Of a stretch of 32,000 bases of DNA, positions 9,366 to 18,604 are shown in pieces. The stretch spans positions 840,001 to 872,000 of the forward strand of contig NZ_CP015137.1 in NCBI RefSeq assembly GCF_001644705.1, written 5' to 3'. Below the pieces are notes generated by a model. The model saw only the letters and a list, made by a program, of their open reading frames with translations, was not told the DNA's origin and did not search any database. Made by a program: the position numbers and the translations under genes. This DNA comes from Dickeya solani IPO 2222. Its GTDB lineage: Bacteria > Pseudomonadota > Gammaproteobacteria > Enterobacterales > Enterobacteriaceae. The first letter of the stretch is position 1; each line of letters opens with the position of its first letter.

Positions 9366-9400
9366 GGCATGACCGGGTATCAGCGAACCCGGTCATGGCC
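9366..9400 (-). terminator. terminator hairpin downstream of degP
   Basis: An 11-bp perfect stem, CATGACCGGGT (9368-9378) / ACCCGGTCATG (9387-9397), with an 8-nt loop. On the minus strand it is followed by ATTTCCCGCCTGTTTT. Confidence 0.6.
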
Positions 9401-9404
9401 GTAG

Positions 9405-9441
9405 TCAGGTTATTGAATCGACAGCATCAGGTTATTGAATC
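9405..9441. repeat. 15-bp direct repeat TCAGGTTATTGAATC x2 spanning the degP stop codon
   Basis: 9405-9419 equals 9427-9441. The second copy contains the last three sense codons and the TAA of degP. Confidence 0.9.
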
Positions 9442-10880
9442 AACAAGTAGAGATCGCTGTTGCCGCGTCGGATGCTCAGCGCCAGCACAGGCGGTTTACT
9501 GTCGATGATTTTGCGCAGTTCACCAATATTTTCTACCGGCTGCTGGTTCACACCGAGGATGATATCATCCGGTTTCAGGCCGATTTTCGCCGCCGCAGAA
9601 TCCGGTTTCACTTTATCAACCTTGATGCCTTTCTGACCGTTGACCTGGGTATTGCTCAACTCCGCCCCTTCAATCGCGGAATTCAGGTTACCGGATGACA
9701 CCTGCGACTGCGTGCTCTGTTGCAGGGTCACCTCCACCGATACCGGTTTGCCCTCGCGAATCAGCCCCAACGTCAGTTTGCTGCCCACCGGCAACGAACC
9801 GATTTGGGCGCGCAGCGCGGAGAAACTGCTGATGGGCTTGCCATTCATCGACACAATCACATCACCGGCCTTGATACCGGCTCTGGCGGCGGCGGAATCC
9901 GGCTGCACCTGGCTAACGAAGGCCCCGCGCTGCGCATCCACTTTCATGGCCTTAGCGATATCAGAATTCAGCTCAGTGCCCAAAATCCCCAGTTCACCGC
10001 GTTTGACCTCGCCGTATTCGACAATCTGGCTGACCAGGTTTTTCACGATATTACTGGGAATAGCGAAACCGATGCCGATGTTGCCGCCGCCCGGCGCGAG
10101 GATAGCAGTATTCAGGCCAATCAACTCGCCATTCAGGTTGACCAACGCGCCGCCGGAGTTACCGCGGTTGATGGCGGCGTCGGTCTGGATAAAGTCTTCA
10201 TAGTTTTCAATGTTCAGCCCGCTGCGGCCCAGCGCGGAGATAATCCCAGAGGTGGCAGTTTCCCCCAAACCATAAGGGTTGCCGATCGCCACCGCGTAAT
10301 CCCCCACGCGCAGTTGATCGGAATCCGCCATCTTAATCTCGGTCAGGTTACGGAAATCCTTCAATTGGATCAGCGCCACATCCGAGCGCGGATCCTTGCC
10401 AATCACTTTGGCGTCGAACTTACGGCCGTCATTGAGGCGAACCTGAATCTTGTCGGCATTTTCCACTACGTGGTTGTTGGTTACCACATACCCTTTGGCC
10501 GCATTGATAACGACCCCGGCGCCCAACGCCTGAAACGCCTGCTGCGGCGCGCCTTCCCCTTCGCCCTCGTCATCCTCGTCTTCACCCTGACACATCGGCG
10601 AAGACTGGAAAGGCGATCCTTCCTGACAGAAAGGCGAGTTTTCGCCGAAGAAAGGCTGCATTTGCGGCGGCACACTGGCGCCACGACTGGCGGTGGTATG
10701 CCCTTCAACCGAAATATTGACCACCGATGGCATCACCTTTTCCAGCATCGGCGCCAGGCTGGGCAACTGTGCGCCGGACGCAGACACCGACTCTGCGGCA
10801 GCGGCGGTGCCAGGCAACGTCCCCACGGCCATCGCCAGACTCAACGCCAGCGCGCTCAGCATCAATGATTTTCTTTTCAT
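9432..10880 (-). CDS. degP: periplasmic serine endoprotease/chaperone DegP (HtrA), 482 aa
   Basis: Signal peptide MKRKSLMLSALALSLAMAVG... Triad contexts TNNHVV, RSDVALIQ and GNSGGALVN, followed by two PDZ regions. Collinear with E. coli DegP. I moved the start to ATG 10880; the track ORF starts at an upstream GTG. Confidence 0.95.
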   Translation of the reverse strand: MKRKSLMLSALALSLAMAVGTLPGTAAAAESVSASGAQLPSLAPMLEKVMPSVVNISVEGHTTASRGASVPPQMQPFFGENSPFCQEGSPFQSSPMCQGEDEDDEGEGEGAPQQAFQALGAGVVINAAKGYVVTNNHVVENADKIQVRLNDGRKFDAKVIGKDPRSDVALIQLKDFRNLTEIKMADSDQLRVGDYAVAIGNPYGLGETATSGIISALGRSGLNIENYEDFIQTDAAINRGNSGGALVNLNGELIGLNTAILAPGGGNIGIGFAIPSNIVKNLVSQIVEYGEVKRGELGILGTELNSDIAKAMKVDAQRGAFVSQVQPDSAAARAGIKAGDVIVSMNGKPISSFSALRAQIGSLPVGSKLTLGLIREGKPVSVEVTLQQSTQSQVSSGNLNSAIEGAELSNTQVNGQKGIKVDKVKPDSAAAKIGLKPDDIILGVNQQPVENIGELRKIIDSKPPVLALSIRRGNSDLYLLIQ

Positions 10881-11045
10881 AGCGATATGTCTCACATTCA
10901 GTCAACGTGCGAACTCTGACGGCTACGTTCAGCGGTCAGGTGGAATAAAATCACTATGCGCAGCAGCGCACGCTCTGTGCAAGATGGTGAAGAGTAAGGA
11001 AATATTGACCGTATTTACAAAACATCTCCCCCTCGTCAACCGCAC

Positions 11046-12563
11046 TCAATCCACCGCCATCAGCCGACGGTATTCATCATAGGCGTATAAGTCGGTCATA
11101 CCGCTGATGTAATCGAGAATCAGCCGGGCGCGGTAGTAATACTCCCACACCTCCAGTTCGGCGTCGGGTAATGGCGGCAAGGCGCGAGTCGCCTCACGGT
11201 AAGCGTGGCAATGCTTGCTGGAGAGCTTGTGGTACAACCGGGTTTCGATCGGATAGCGCTTATGGGTATCGTCAGTCACCAGTTGGCAAAAATCGCCGTA
11301 CGGCATGTTCAGCAGCGGGCTGTAGATCTCCAGCAGGCCGCTGATAATGCGATCGCCCTGCAGTTCCAGCTGTTCGACCTCGTGATGATTAAACACGAAC
11401 TTTCTGGCGATATCTTTAAAGATCTTTAATAATCGCCCGTAGTCGTCCTTGCTCTCCTCCAGCAGCGAATGGTTAAAGCTGCCGTCATAAATCGCCGGCA
11501 GATTCTCGATAAAACGTCGCGTCGCATACCGCACCATCGTGTTGACGGTATTCACCCGCAGTTTCATGAAAAACTGATCGCTTTCGCTACGCCCCGGCAA
11601 ATGCTGGCGCTCTTCATACGCCAAATCGACAGTGCGGCTGAACACGTCTTTTTCCGCGCGGGCGCCCCAGGCCTCCCCCAAACGATCGTAGAGTTGCTGA
11701 TAGGTGATGATCTTCTTTTCTACCGCATCTTCCAGATCGGCAATGCAGTAAGAAATATCATCCGCCGCCTCCATGATGTACGTCAGCGGGTGGCGGTGAA
11801 ACTCCGCCATGTTCAGTTCGCCGCGCAACTGCTGAACAAATGCCTCTTCCGACAGATAAAACCCGACCTTTTTCATCAGGTAGTTGTAAGCAGACGGGAT
11901 TGGCTGCGCCCAATAAGCCGGTTTGGTGTATTTCAAAATACAGCCGATCTGGGCGTAGGTCAGGTTGAGCTTCAGCAGCGAATGCACCAGCCGAATCGCC
12001 TGAGCATTGCCTTCGAAGTTACTCAGGTCATGACGGATGCGATCGCGCAGCGCGTTCAGCTCCGCCCCGTCTTCCGCCTTCAGCCTCAGGCACGGCACCA
12101 GGCAAGGGTCGGGCTGCGCTTCACCGGGCTGGCTTCCCGGCGACAGGCGCTGGCTGAACCAGTTATTGATCGCCGCTTCGCCGAAATGCCCGAACGGCGG
12201 ATTGCCGATGTCATGCATCAGGCAGGCCATTTCGACCAGACTCTCGAACGGCGTTTCCAGCGGCTCCAGCCCCAGCGCCTCCCATTGCCCGCTTTTACGC
12301 AGCTGGCGGAAAATCTCCTTGGCGATATAACGCCCAACCTGCTGCACCTCCATAGAATGCGTCAGGCGGGAACGCACGGCGGCGTTGCGTTCCAGCGGGA
12401 AGACCTGGGTTTTTTGCTGTAGCCGGCGAATGGCAGCGGAATTGATAATACGCCCGCGGTCGCTTTCGAATTCCCTCTCGATAGCATAGGCATCCTTTTT
12501 ATCTTTCGGTTTACTAAAAGGCCGCTGAAAACTGATTTTCTTCGAAAAATCGATATCAGACAT
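11046..12563 (-). CDS. dgt: deoxyguanosinetriphosphate triphosphohydrolase, 505 aa
   Basis: [47 protein letters not shown] and the HD motif [15 protein letters not shown]. The ATG at 12563 has SD GGAGAG 4-6 nt upstream and gives the E. coli length; the ATG at 12575 is the alternative. Confidence 0.93.
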   Translation of the reverse strand: MSDIDFSKKISFQRPFSKPKDKKDAYAIEREFESDRGRIINSAAIRRLQQKTQVFPLERNAAVRSRLTHSMEVQQVGRYIAKEIFRQLRKSGQWEALGLEPLETPFESLVEMACLMHDIGNPPFGHFGEAAINNWFSQRLSPGSQPGEAQPDPCLVPCLRLKAEDGAELNALRDRIRHDLSNFEGNAQAIRLVHSLLKLNLTYAQIGCILKYTKPAYWAQPIPSAYNYLMKKVGFYLSEEAFVQQLRGELNMAEFHRHPLTYIMEAADDISYCIADLEDAVEKKIITYQQLYDRLGEAWGARAEKDVFSRTVDLAYEERQHLPGRSESDQFFMKLRVNTVNTMVRYATRRFIENLPAIYDGSFNHSLLEESKDDYGRLLKIFKDIARKFVFNHHEVEQLELQGDRIISGLLEIYSPLLNMPYGDFCQLVTDDTHKRYPIETRLYHKLSSKHCHAYREATRALPPLPDAELEVWEYYYRARLILDYISGMTDLYAYDEYRRLMAVD

Positions 12564-12751
12564 ACTGCTCTCCATGTAATGCCCTGCTTAGGCGGAACCA
12601 CGCGCCTGAACGTCGTACCGCGGGCGTTGATGCCAACAGGCGGGCGCCAAACTCAGTCATAGCACGTCCCCGGCGGGGGCACAATCGCTGCTCGGCCTAA
12701 GCCGTGATAGACTAAACTTTTGTGACTTTTGACAAATCGGTGGGGAATCCT

Positions 12752-13453
12752 ATGAAAGTTGGCATTATTGGCGCAATGGAACAAGAAGTGACGCTGTTGA
12801 GAGAACAGATCCAGAACCGCCAGACCTTCCAGCGCGCGGGCTGCGAGATCTACAGCGGCCAGTTGCACGGCGTGGAGATCGCGCTGCTGAAATCCGGCAT
12901 CGGCAAAGTATCGGCCGCGCTGGGCACCACGCTGCTGCTGGAACACTGCCAGCCGGACGTGGTGATCAATACCGGTTCCGCCGGCGGTCTGGCGCCGTCA
13001 CTCAAGGTCGGCGATATCGTCGTGTCCGATGAAGTACGCTACCACGATGCCGACGTTACCGCATTTGGCTATGAACCCGGTCAGATGGCGGGTTGCCCGG
13101 CCGCGTTTACCGCCGATGAAAAACTGATCGCACTGGCGCAGGACGCCATCGGCCAGTTGCAGCTAAACGCAGTACGCGGGCTGGTGGTGAGCGGCGATGC
13201 CTTCATCAACGGCAAAGCGCCGCTGGCGCGTATCCGTCAGACCTTCCCGCAAGCCATCGCCGTGGAAATGGAAGCCACCGCCATCGGCCACGTCTGCCAT
13301 CAGTTTGGCGTACCGTTTGTGGTGGTGCGCGCCATTTCCGACGTGGCGGATCAGGAATCTCACCTCAGTTTCGACGAATTTCTGGTCACCGCCGCCCAGC
13401 AATCCACCCGAATGGTGGAAACCATGCTGCGGTCGCTGGCGCAGCACCGCTAA
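12752..13453 (+). CDS. mtnN: 5'-methylthioadenosine/S-adenosylhomocysteine nucleosidase, 233 aa
   Basis: [20 protein letters not shown]... with the catalytic contexts GAMEQE and RAISDVAD. I moved the start to ATG 12752; the track ORF begins at an upstream GTG. Confidence 0.95.
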   Translation: MKVGIIGAMEQEVTLLREQIQNRQTFQRAGCEIYSGQLHGVEIALLKSGIGKVSAALGTTLLLEHCQPDVVINTGSAGGLAPSLKVGDIVVSDEVRYHDADVTAFGYEPGQMAGCPAAFTADEKLIALAQDAIGQLQLNAVRGLVVSGDAFINGKAPLARIRQTFPQAIAVEMEATAIGHVCHQFGVPFVVVRAISDVADQESHLSFDEFLVTAAQQSTRMVETMLRSLAQHR

Positions 13454-13464
13454 CGCGTGCATAG

Positions 13465-13496
13465 CCGGGGTGCTCCGCCCCGGTTCTTCTGTTGTT
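13465..13496 (+). terminator. rho-independent terminator or attenuator between mtnN and btuF
   Basis: CCGGGG-TGCTCCG-CCCCGG followed by TTCTTCTGTTGTT. It begins 12 nt after the mtnN stop. Confidence 0.5.
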
Positions 13497-13508
13497 GAGA
13501 CTCATCCA

Positions 13509-14327
13509 TTGAAATCCGTTTATTTTCCTATCCTGTGGCTGCTGACGCTGTTATGGCTGCCGTTCTGCCGGGCCGAGCCGGTGGCGCAGCGCGTCGTCAG
13601 CCTGGCGCCGCACGCCACCGAAATGGCGTTTGCCGCCGGGCTGGGCGAACGACTGGTGGGCGTCAGCGCCTGGTCCAACTATCCGCCAGAAGCCGAACGC
13701 ATCGAGCAGGTCGCCAACTGGCAAGGCATCAATCTGGAACGTATTCTGGCGTTGAAACCGGATCTGGTGCTGGCCTGGCGGGAAGGCAACGCGCAGCGGC
13801 CGCTGGAACAACTGGCGTCATTCGGCATCCGCATCCTGTACCTCGACCCGCCTACACTGGACGACATTCCGCGCCAGTTGGAGATGCTGGCGCAGTACAG
13901 CCCGCATCCGGAACAGGCGCGGGAAGCGGCGTTGCGATTCCGCCGGCAGCAACAGACGCTGACGCAGCAGTACGGGCACAGCACGCCGGTACGGGTGTTC
14001 CTGCAGTTCGGCAGCCAGCCGCTGTTTACCTCGTCGCGAGCGACGCTGCAAAGCCAGGTCGTCAGCCTGTGCGGCGGCGAGAACGTGTTCGCCGACAGCC
14101 AAATCCCCTGGCCGCAGGTGAGCCGTGAGCAGGTCATCCGGCGCCAGCCACAGGTCATCGTCATCAGCGGGCCGTCCGGCGCGGCGGAGCAGGTCAGGGC
14201 ATTCTGGCAGCCGCAACTGAACCCCGCGGTGATTGCGGTCAACGAAGACTGGTTTAGCCGCACCGGCCCGCGGCTGATGCTAGCCGCAGAGCAACTGTGC
14301 CAGCAATTCGCCGCGTCGCGGCGCTAA
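13509..14327 (+). CDS. btuF: periplasmic vitamin B12-binding protein, about 272 aa
   Basis: [18 protein letters not shown]...[38 protein letters not shown]...[14 protein letters not shown]...[10 protein letters not shown] is collinear with E. coli BtuF. No in-frame ATG precedes the signal peptide. TTG 13509 gives [22 protein letters not shown], 22 aa like E. coli; GTG 13470 is the alternative. The track ORF start at 13197 overlaps mtnN and is rejected. Confidence 0.85.
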   Translation: MKSVYFPILWLLTLLWLPFCRAEPVAQRVVSLAPHATEMAFAAGLGERLVGVSAWSNYPPEAERIEQVANWQGINLERILALKPDLVLAWREGNAQRPLEQLASFGIRILYLDPPTLDDIPRQLEMLAQYSPHPEQAREAALRFRRQQQTLTQQYGHSTPVRVFLQFGSQPLFTSSRATLQSQVVSLCGGENVFADSQIPWPQVSREQVIRRQPQVIVISGPSGAAEQVRAFWQPQLNPAVIAVNEDWFSRTGPRLMLAAEQLCQQFAASRR

Positions 14328-14345
14328 CGCGCCGTCGACAGCACA

Positions 14346-14384
14346 TAAAAAAACCCGTGCGCCGGTCAGGCCACGGGTTTTCTT
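14346..14384. terminator. bidirectional rho-independent terminator shared by btuF (+) and erpA (-)
   Basis: A7-CCCGTG-loop-CACGGG-TTTTCTT: a stem flanked by an A-run and a T-run between the convergent genes. Confidence 0.8.
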
Positions 14385-14398
14385 AACGCGGAATGCCG

Positions 14399-14743
14399 TC
14401 AGATGCTGAAAGAGGAACCGCAGCCGCAGGTGGTTTTCGCGTTCGGGTTGGTCACCACAAAACGGGAGCCTTCCAGCCCTTCGGTGTAATCCACCGAACC
14501 GCCGATCAGGTATTGCAGACTCATCGGATCGACCACCAGGGATACCCCTTGTTTTTCAATGGTCATATCACCGTCGTTAACCTGATCGTCAAAGGTAAAA
14601 CCGTACTGGAAGCCGCTACAGCCGCCGCCAGTGATGTAAACCCGAAGTTTCAGTTCCGGATTATCTTCATCAGCAATCAGGAGTTTCACCTTGTTAGCCG
14701 CCGCATCCGTAAACTGCAGGGGCAGTGCTATATCATCGCTCAT
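14399..14743 (-). CDS. erpA: iron-sulfur cluster insertion protein ErpA (A-type carrier), 114 aa
   Basis: [23 protein letters not shown]..., with the Cys ligands in GGGCSGFQY and the C-terminal [16 protein letters not shown] upstream. Confidence 0.96.
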   Translation of the reverse strand: MSDDIALPLQFTDAAANKVKLLIADEDNPELKLRVYITGGGCSGFQYGFTFDDQVNDGDMTIEKQGVSLVVDPMSLQYLIGGSVDYTEGLEGSRFVVTNPNAKTTCGCGSSFSI

Positions 14744-14823
14744 TTTTTTACTCCCAATCCAATATCGGGCGGTATTAAACAGCCCTCGTTATGGTTTTAT
14801 TATCCAACAGCCCCCGGCAACGT

Positions 14824-15189
14824 TCAAGATTTGATGCTGGCGATCGGCGCGGTGACGGATGACGGCTGCTGCGCCTGACGCGCCAGCGTGCGTGCCAGAA
14901 TACAGGAATAGAGCGGTTTGCCGCCGAGGAACTGCGCCACCAGCGTAGCGCCGAGGCAGGTGATGAACATCGGCAAAATCAATGGGTAGTTATCGGTCAT
15001 CTCCAGCACCAGCACAATGCCCGCACCTAGCGTCCCCATCCCGCCAAAAAACTTCACCGAAGGAAGAAGGCATGACAGCAATATCAGGGTTAGCATAACG
15101 GACAAGGCGACTATTTTAGTCCCATATCTGCTGGCTTGCCCAGCCTGAATCCCGACCGCCGCGGCCTAAAATGTGTCTGACGATTTCAT
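14824..15189 (-). pseudogene. clcA: decayed remnant of the H+/Cl- exchanger gene clcA (about 122 codons in one frame, TAG at codon 8, large internal deletions)
   Basis: It sits in the syntenic slot between erpA and hemL. Pieces in a single frame: MKSSDTF-TAG(15166-15168), then [30 protein letters not shown] fused to [45 protein letters not shown]. These resemble ClcA MKTDTPS, AAVVGTLVGLA, LPVKFFGGLGTLGGGMVL and [47 protein letters not shown]. Full-length ClcA is about 473 aa. Confidence 0.65.
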
Positions 15190-15251
15190 AACGCGGATCA
15201 GATGATTAGAATGGACGCCACTCGCTATGCAAATCCAATCAGGAAGCCGCA

Positions 15252-16532
15252 ATGAATAAATCTGAAAGTCTGTATGCCGCCGCCCGTCAACTGATTCCCG
15301 GAGGGGTCAACTCGCCGGTACGCGCGTTTAACGGCGTAGGCGGCGTACCGCTGTTCATCGAACGGGCAGAAGGCGCCAGACTCTATGACGCGGACGGCAA
15401 ATCTTATATTGATTATGTGGGCTCCTGGGGGCCAATGATTCTGGGCCATAACCATCCCGCCATTCGTCAGGCGGTGATCGACGCCGCAGAGCGCGGCCTG
15501 AGCTTTGGCGCGCCCACCGAGATGGAAGTCAACATGGCGCGGCTGGTCACGTCGCTGGTAGCGAGCATGGAGATGGTGCGCATGGTTAACTCCGGCACCG
15601 AAGCCACCATGAGCGCCATCCGTCTGGCGCGCGGCTTCACCGGCCGCGACAAAATCATCAAGTTCGAAGGCTGCTATCACGGCCACGCCGACTGCCTGCT
15701 GGTGAAAGCGGGTTCCGGCGCGCTGACGCTGGGGCAACCCAATTCTCCCGGCGTGCCGGCCGATTTCGCCCGCCATACCCTGACCTGTACTTACAATGAT
15801 CTGGCCTCGGTACGCGCCGCGTTCGAACAGTATCCGCAGGACATCGCCGCGATTATCGTCGAACCGGTAGCGGGCAACATGAACTGCATTCCGCCGCAGC
15901 CGGCGTTCCTGCCGGGGCTGCGCGCGCTGTGCGACGAATTCGGCGCGCTGCTGATCATCGATGAAGTGATGACCGGCTTTCGCGTGGCGCTGGGCGGCGC
16001 GCAGGCGCACTACGGCGTACGCCCTGACCTCACCTGTCTCGGCAAAATTATCGGCGGCGGGATGCCGGTGGGCGCGTTTGGCGGTCGCCGCGACGTGATG
16101 GAAGCGCTGGCGCCGACCGGTCCGGTGTATCAGGCGGGAACGCTGTCCGGCAACCCGATCGCCATGGCCGCCGGTTTCGCCTGCCTGAGCGAAGTCGCCA
16201 AACCCGGCGTCCACCAAAAACTGACCGAGCTGACCACCCAACTGGCGGAAGGCCTGCTGGCGGCGGCGAAAACGCAGCAGATCCCGCTGGTGGTGAACCA
16301 TGTCGGCGCGATGTTCGGGATTTTCTTTACCGATGCCGATCGGGTGACCTGCTATCAGGATGTGCTGAAGTGTGATGTGGAGCGGTTCAAACGTTTCTTC
16401 CATATGATGCTGGAGGAAGGCGTCTATCTAGCGCCATCGGCGTTTGAGGCGGGCTTCATGTCGCTGGCGCACAGTCAGCAGGATATTGAGCACACCGTTG
16501 ACGCCGCCCGCCGCTGCTTCGCCAAACTGTAA
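15252..16532 (+). CDS. hemL: glutamate-1-semialdehyde 2,1-aminomutase, 426 aa
   Basis: [26 protein letters not shown]... with the PLP-lysine context [19 protein letters not shown]. Length equals E. coli HemL. Confidence 0.97.
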   Translation: MNKSESLYAAARQLIPGGVNSPVRAFNGVGGVPLFIERAEGARLYDADGKSYIDYVGSWGPMILGHNHPAIRQAVIDAAERGLSFGAPTEMEVNMARLVTSLVASMEMVRMVNSGTEATMSAIRLARGFTGRDKIIKFEGCYHGHADCLLVKAGSGALTLGQPNSPGVPADFARHTLTCTYNDLASVRAAFEQYPQDIAAIIVEPVAGNMNCIPPQPAFLPGLRALCDEFGALLIIDEVMTGFRVALGGAQAHYGVRPDLTCLGKIIGGGMPVGAFGGRRDVMEALAPTGPVYQAGTLSGNPIAMAAGFACLSEVAKPGVHQKLTELTTQLAEGLLAAAKTQQIPLVVNHVGAMFGIFFTDADRVTCYQDVLKCDVERFKRFFHMMLEEGVYLAPSAFEAGFMSLAHSQQDIEHTVDAARRCFAKL

Positions 16533-16544
16533 GCCAACCCTGTG

Positions 16545-16567
16545 CCGGTGGGACGCTGTCCCACCGG
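16545..16567. terminator. GC-rich hairpin between the convergent genes hemL and fhuB
   Basis: CCGGTGGGAC-GCT-GTCCCACCGG, a 10-bp perfect stem. There is no clear U-tract on either side, so terminator function is uncertain. Confidence 0.45.
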
Positions 16568-16582
16568 ATATTCCCTCCCGCT

Positions 16583-18604
16583 TTACCGCGCCTGCCGGCG
16601 CAGCAGCCAGATAAAATACGGCGCGCCGATGAAGGTCGCCAGCAAACCGGCAGGAATCTGGTTTGGAAACAGCAGCATCCGACCACACCAGTCGGCCAGT
16701 ACCATCAAACCACCGCCGACCAGCGCCGAGCAGGCCAACTGCGGGATCACGCGATTAAACCCCAGCATACGCGCCATGTGCGGCGCCATCAGCCCGACAA
16801 AGCTCATCGGCCCCACCGTCATCGTCGCCACCGCCGTCAATACCGCGGCCAGCAGCAGAATAAGCAGCCGGACCGGCGTCACCGGCACGCCCAGCGATCG
16901 GGTCGTGGTCACGCCCAGCGGCAGCATACGCAGCCAACGCTGACACAGCGGCACCACCAGCAACGCCAGCAGCGCTACCGCTACGGAGGTGAACGCCTGC
17001 GTAGCGGTCACCTGATAGGTGGACCCGGACAGCCAGGTCAGCAGGCGCCCGCCGCGCGGATCGCCGCTGGCCAGCAACAAGCTGATCAAGGTGGTAAACG
17101 CGGTGCCCAGCGCGATCCCCACCAGCAACATACGTTGCGTCGAAAAACCGCCGCGCCCGGCCACCACCATGATCAACAACAGCGTGATCGCCGCCCCTAA
17201 CGTACCGGCCGGCAGCATCCACGCCATCGCGTCGCCGGAAACCAGAAACAGCAGCGCCACCACGCCAAACGCCGCGCCGGCGCTGATCCCCAACACTTCC
17301 GGGCTGCCCATCGGGTTGCCGGTCAGACGCTGAATCAGGCTGCCGGCCACGGCCAGCAGTAACCCGGCGCTCAGCGCCGCGACCACACGTGGCCAGCGCC
17401 AGGGCAACAGCGCCGCCAAATCCTTGCCGCTCGCCCAGAACCAACCGGCAGGCTCGCGTCCCAGGGACAGCGCCGCCATCGTCGCCACCAGCAGCAGTAT
17501 AAAACCGGCCAGCCACCATCCGCCCCAGTTGGCGCGTTCGGTTAACGCCTTCTGCCCTTCCTGCAACACCGGCGGCGCGGTGGAACGTAGACGCGGCAAT
17601 AGCCACAACAATAATGGCGCGCCAATCAACGCGGTAGCGGCGCCGGTCGGCACCTCACGCCAGACACCCGCCAGCCACAACAGTAGCTGATCGGTCAGCG
17701 TCAGCAGCAATGCGCCCAGCAACGGCGACAACCACAGCCGCTGTCCCAGCCGGCGCGCGCCCAGCATTTTCGCCATCAACGGCGCAAACAGACCGATAAA
17801 CCCGATGATACCGGCGGCGTTGACCCACTGTGCGCTGAGAAAAATCGCCAGCAACAACGTGCCGATGCGGGCCGTCGACAGCCCCAGTCCCAGATTGCGG
17901 GCGACGCCGTCATCCAGCCCCAGCAACATCAGCGGACGCGCCAGCAATGCCGTCAACACGACGCCAATAATCAGTACCGGCAGCACCCACATGACGCTGC
18001 GCCAGTCTTGCTGGTTAAGCGAACCGCTGCTCCACAGAAACAGGTTGGTCAATTGCTCGTAGTGAAACAGCGCCAGCAACTGACTGACGGCGCTGCAATA
18101 CAAACTCAGCACCAACCCGGCCAGAATCAGCGTGACCGGCGACAGACGCTTGCCCCAGGCCACGCCAAACACCAGCGCGCCGACCAGCAACGCGCCCGCC
18201 ATCGCCGCCAATTGCGACATCAGCCAGCCGCCGGGCAACGCCCACAGCGTCGCTACCGTCAGGCCCAGTTGCGCGCCGCTCGCCACCCCGAGCGTTGACG
18301 GCTCGGCCAGCGGATTGCGCAGCACCTGCTGAAACAGCACACCCACCAGCCCCAACCCGGCGCCGATCAGCAACGCCAGCGTCAGGCGCGGCAGCAGGCT
18401 GTAATGGAACAGCAACTGACGCAGGTCGGCGATGTCGGGCGATAGCGCGCCCTGCAGCCATAACGCCAGCGGCAATTGTTGTTGTAGGTTATAAAACGCC
18501 ATCAGGACGACCAACAGCGACAGCGCCGCCACTACCCCGCCCGTCAGCAAACCGAGTCTTGACGTACGTTGCGTTGGCATAGTCGTGGCGTTCTCCGCGG
18601 TCAT
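16583..18604 (-). CDS. fhuB: ferric hydroxamate ABC transporter permease (duplicated FecCD-type), 673 aa
   Basis: Collinear with E. coli FhuB (LFHYSLLPRL...VLRNPLAEPSTLGVASGAQLG...; the second half contains QRLTGNPMGSPEVLGISAGAAFG). I placed the start at ATG 18604, which overlaps the fhuD stop as ATGA. Confidence 0.93.
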   Translation of the reverse strand: MTAENATTMPTQRTSRLGLLTGGVVAALSLLVVLMAFYNLQQQLPLALWLQGALSPDIADLRQLLFHYSLLPRLTLALLIGAGLGLVGVLFQQVLRNPLAEPSTLGVASGAQLGLTVATLWALPGGWLMSQLAAMAGALLVGALVFGVAWGKRLSPVTLILAGLVLSLYCSAVSQLLALFHYEQLTNLFLWSSGSLNQQDWRSVMWVLPVLIIGVVLTALLARPLMLLGLDDGVARNLGLGLSTARIGTLLLAIFLSAQWVNAAGIIGFIGLFAPLMAKMLGARRLGQRLWLSPLLGALLLTLTDQLLLWLAGVWREVPTGAATALIGAPLLLWLLPRLRSTAPPVLQEGQKALTERANWGGWWLAGFILLLVATMAALSLGREPAGWFWASGKDLAALLPWRWPRVVAALSAGLLLAVAGSLIQRLTGNPMGSPEVLGISAGAAFGVVALLFLVSGDAMAWMLPAGTLGAAITLLLIMVVAGRGGFSTQRMLLVGIALGTAFTTLISLLLASGDPRGGRLLTWLSGSTYQVTATQAFTSVAVALLALLVVPLCQRWLRMLPLGVTTTRSLGVPVTPVRLLILLLAAVLTAVATMTVGPMSFVGLMAPHMARMLGFNRVIPQLACSALVGGGLMVLADWCGRMLLFPNQIPAGLLATFIGAPYFIWLLRRQAR

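Noticed and set aside
10881-11045. A search for the sigma-E promoter and CpxR boxes expected upstream of degP.
   Set aside because: I found only partial matches. These are GTAAATACGGTCAAT on the minus strand near 11003-11017 as a possible CpxR half-site pair, and TGAACGT/ACTGA elements with the wrong spacing for sigma-E. None is good enough to annotate without a PWM scan.
13197-13508. A 104-codon upstream extension of the btuF ORF, plus the alternative-frame ORFs 13535-14128 (+), 13679-14263 (-) and 13818-14216 (-).
   Set aside because: The extension overlaps the mtnN coding sequence in another frame and crosses its terminator. The other ORFs are Arg/Ala/Gly-rich GC-bias artefacts inside btuF.
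14824-15105. Treating the 93-aa ORF as an intact small membrane-protein gene.
   Set aside because: Its sequence is a fusion of two non-adjacent ClcA segments, and the same frame continues upstream through a TAG to a ClcA-like start. It is better explained as a pseudogene remnant, although expression of the stub cannot be excluded.
16755-17606. A 283-aa same-strand alternative-frame ORF inside fhuB, and the many 60-160-aa ORFs inside fhuB, fhuD, hrpB and mrcB.
   Set aside because: They are fully nested in genes with strong homology-supported frames. Their translations are Arg/Gly/Ala/Pro-rich GC artefacts with no SD-plus-start context.
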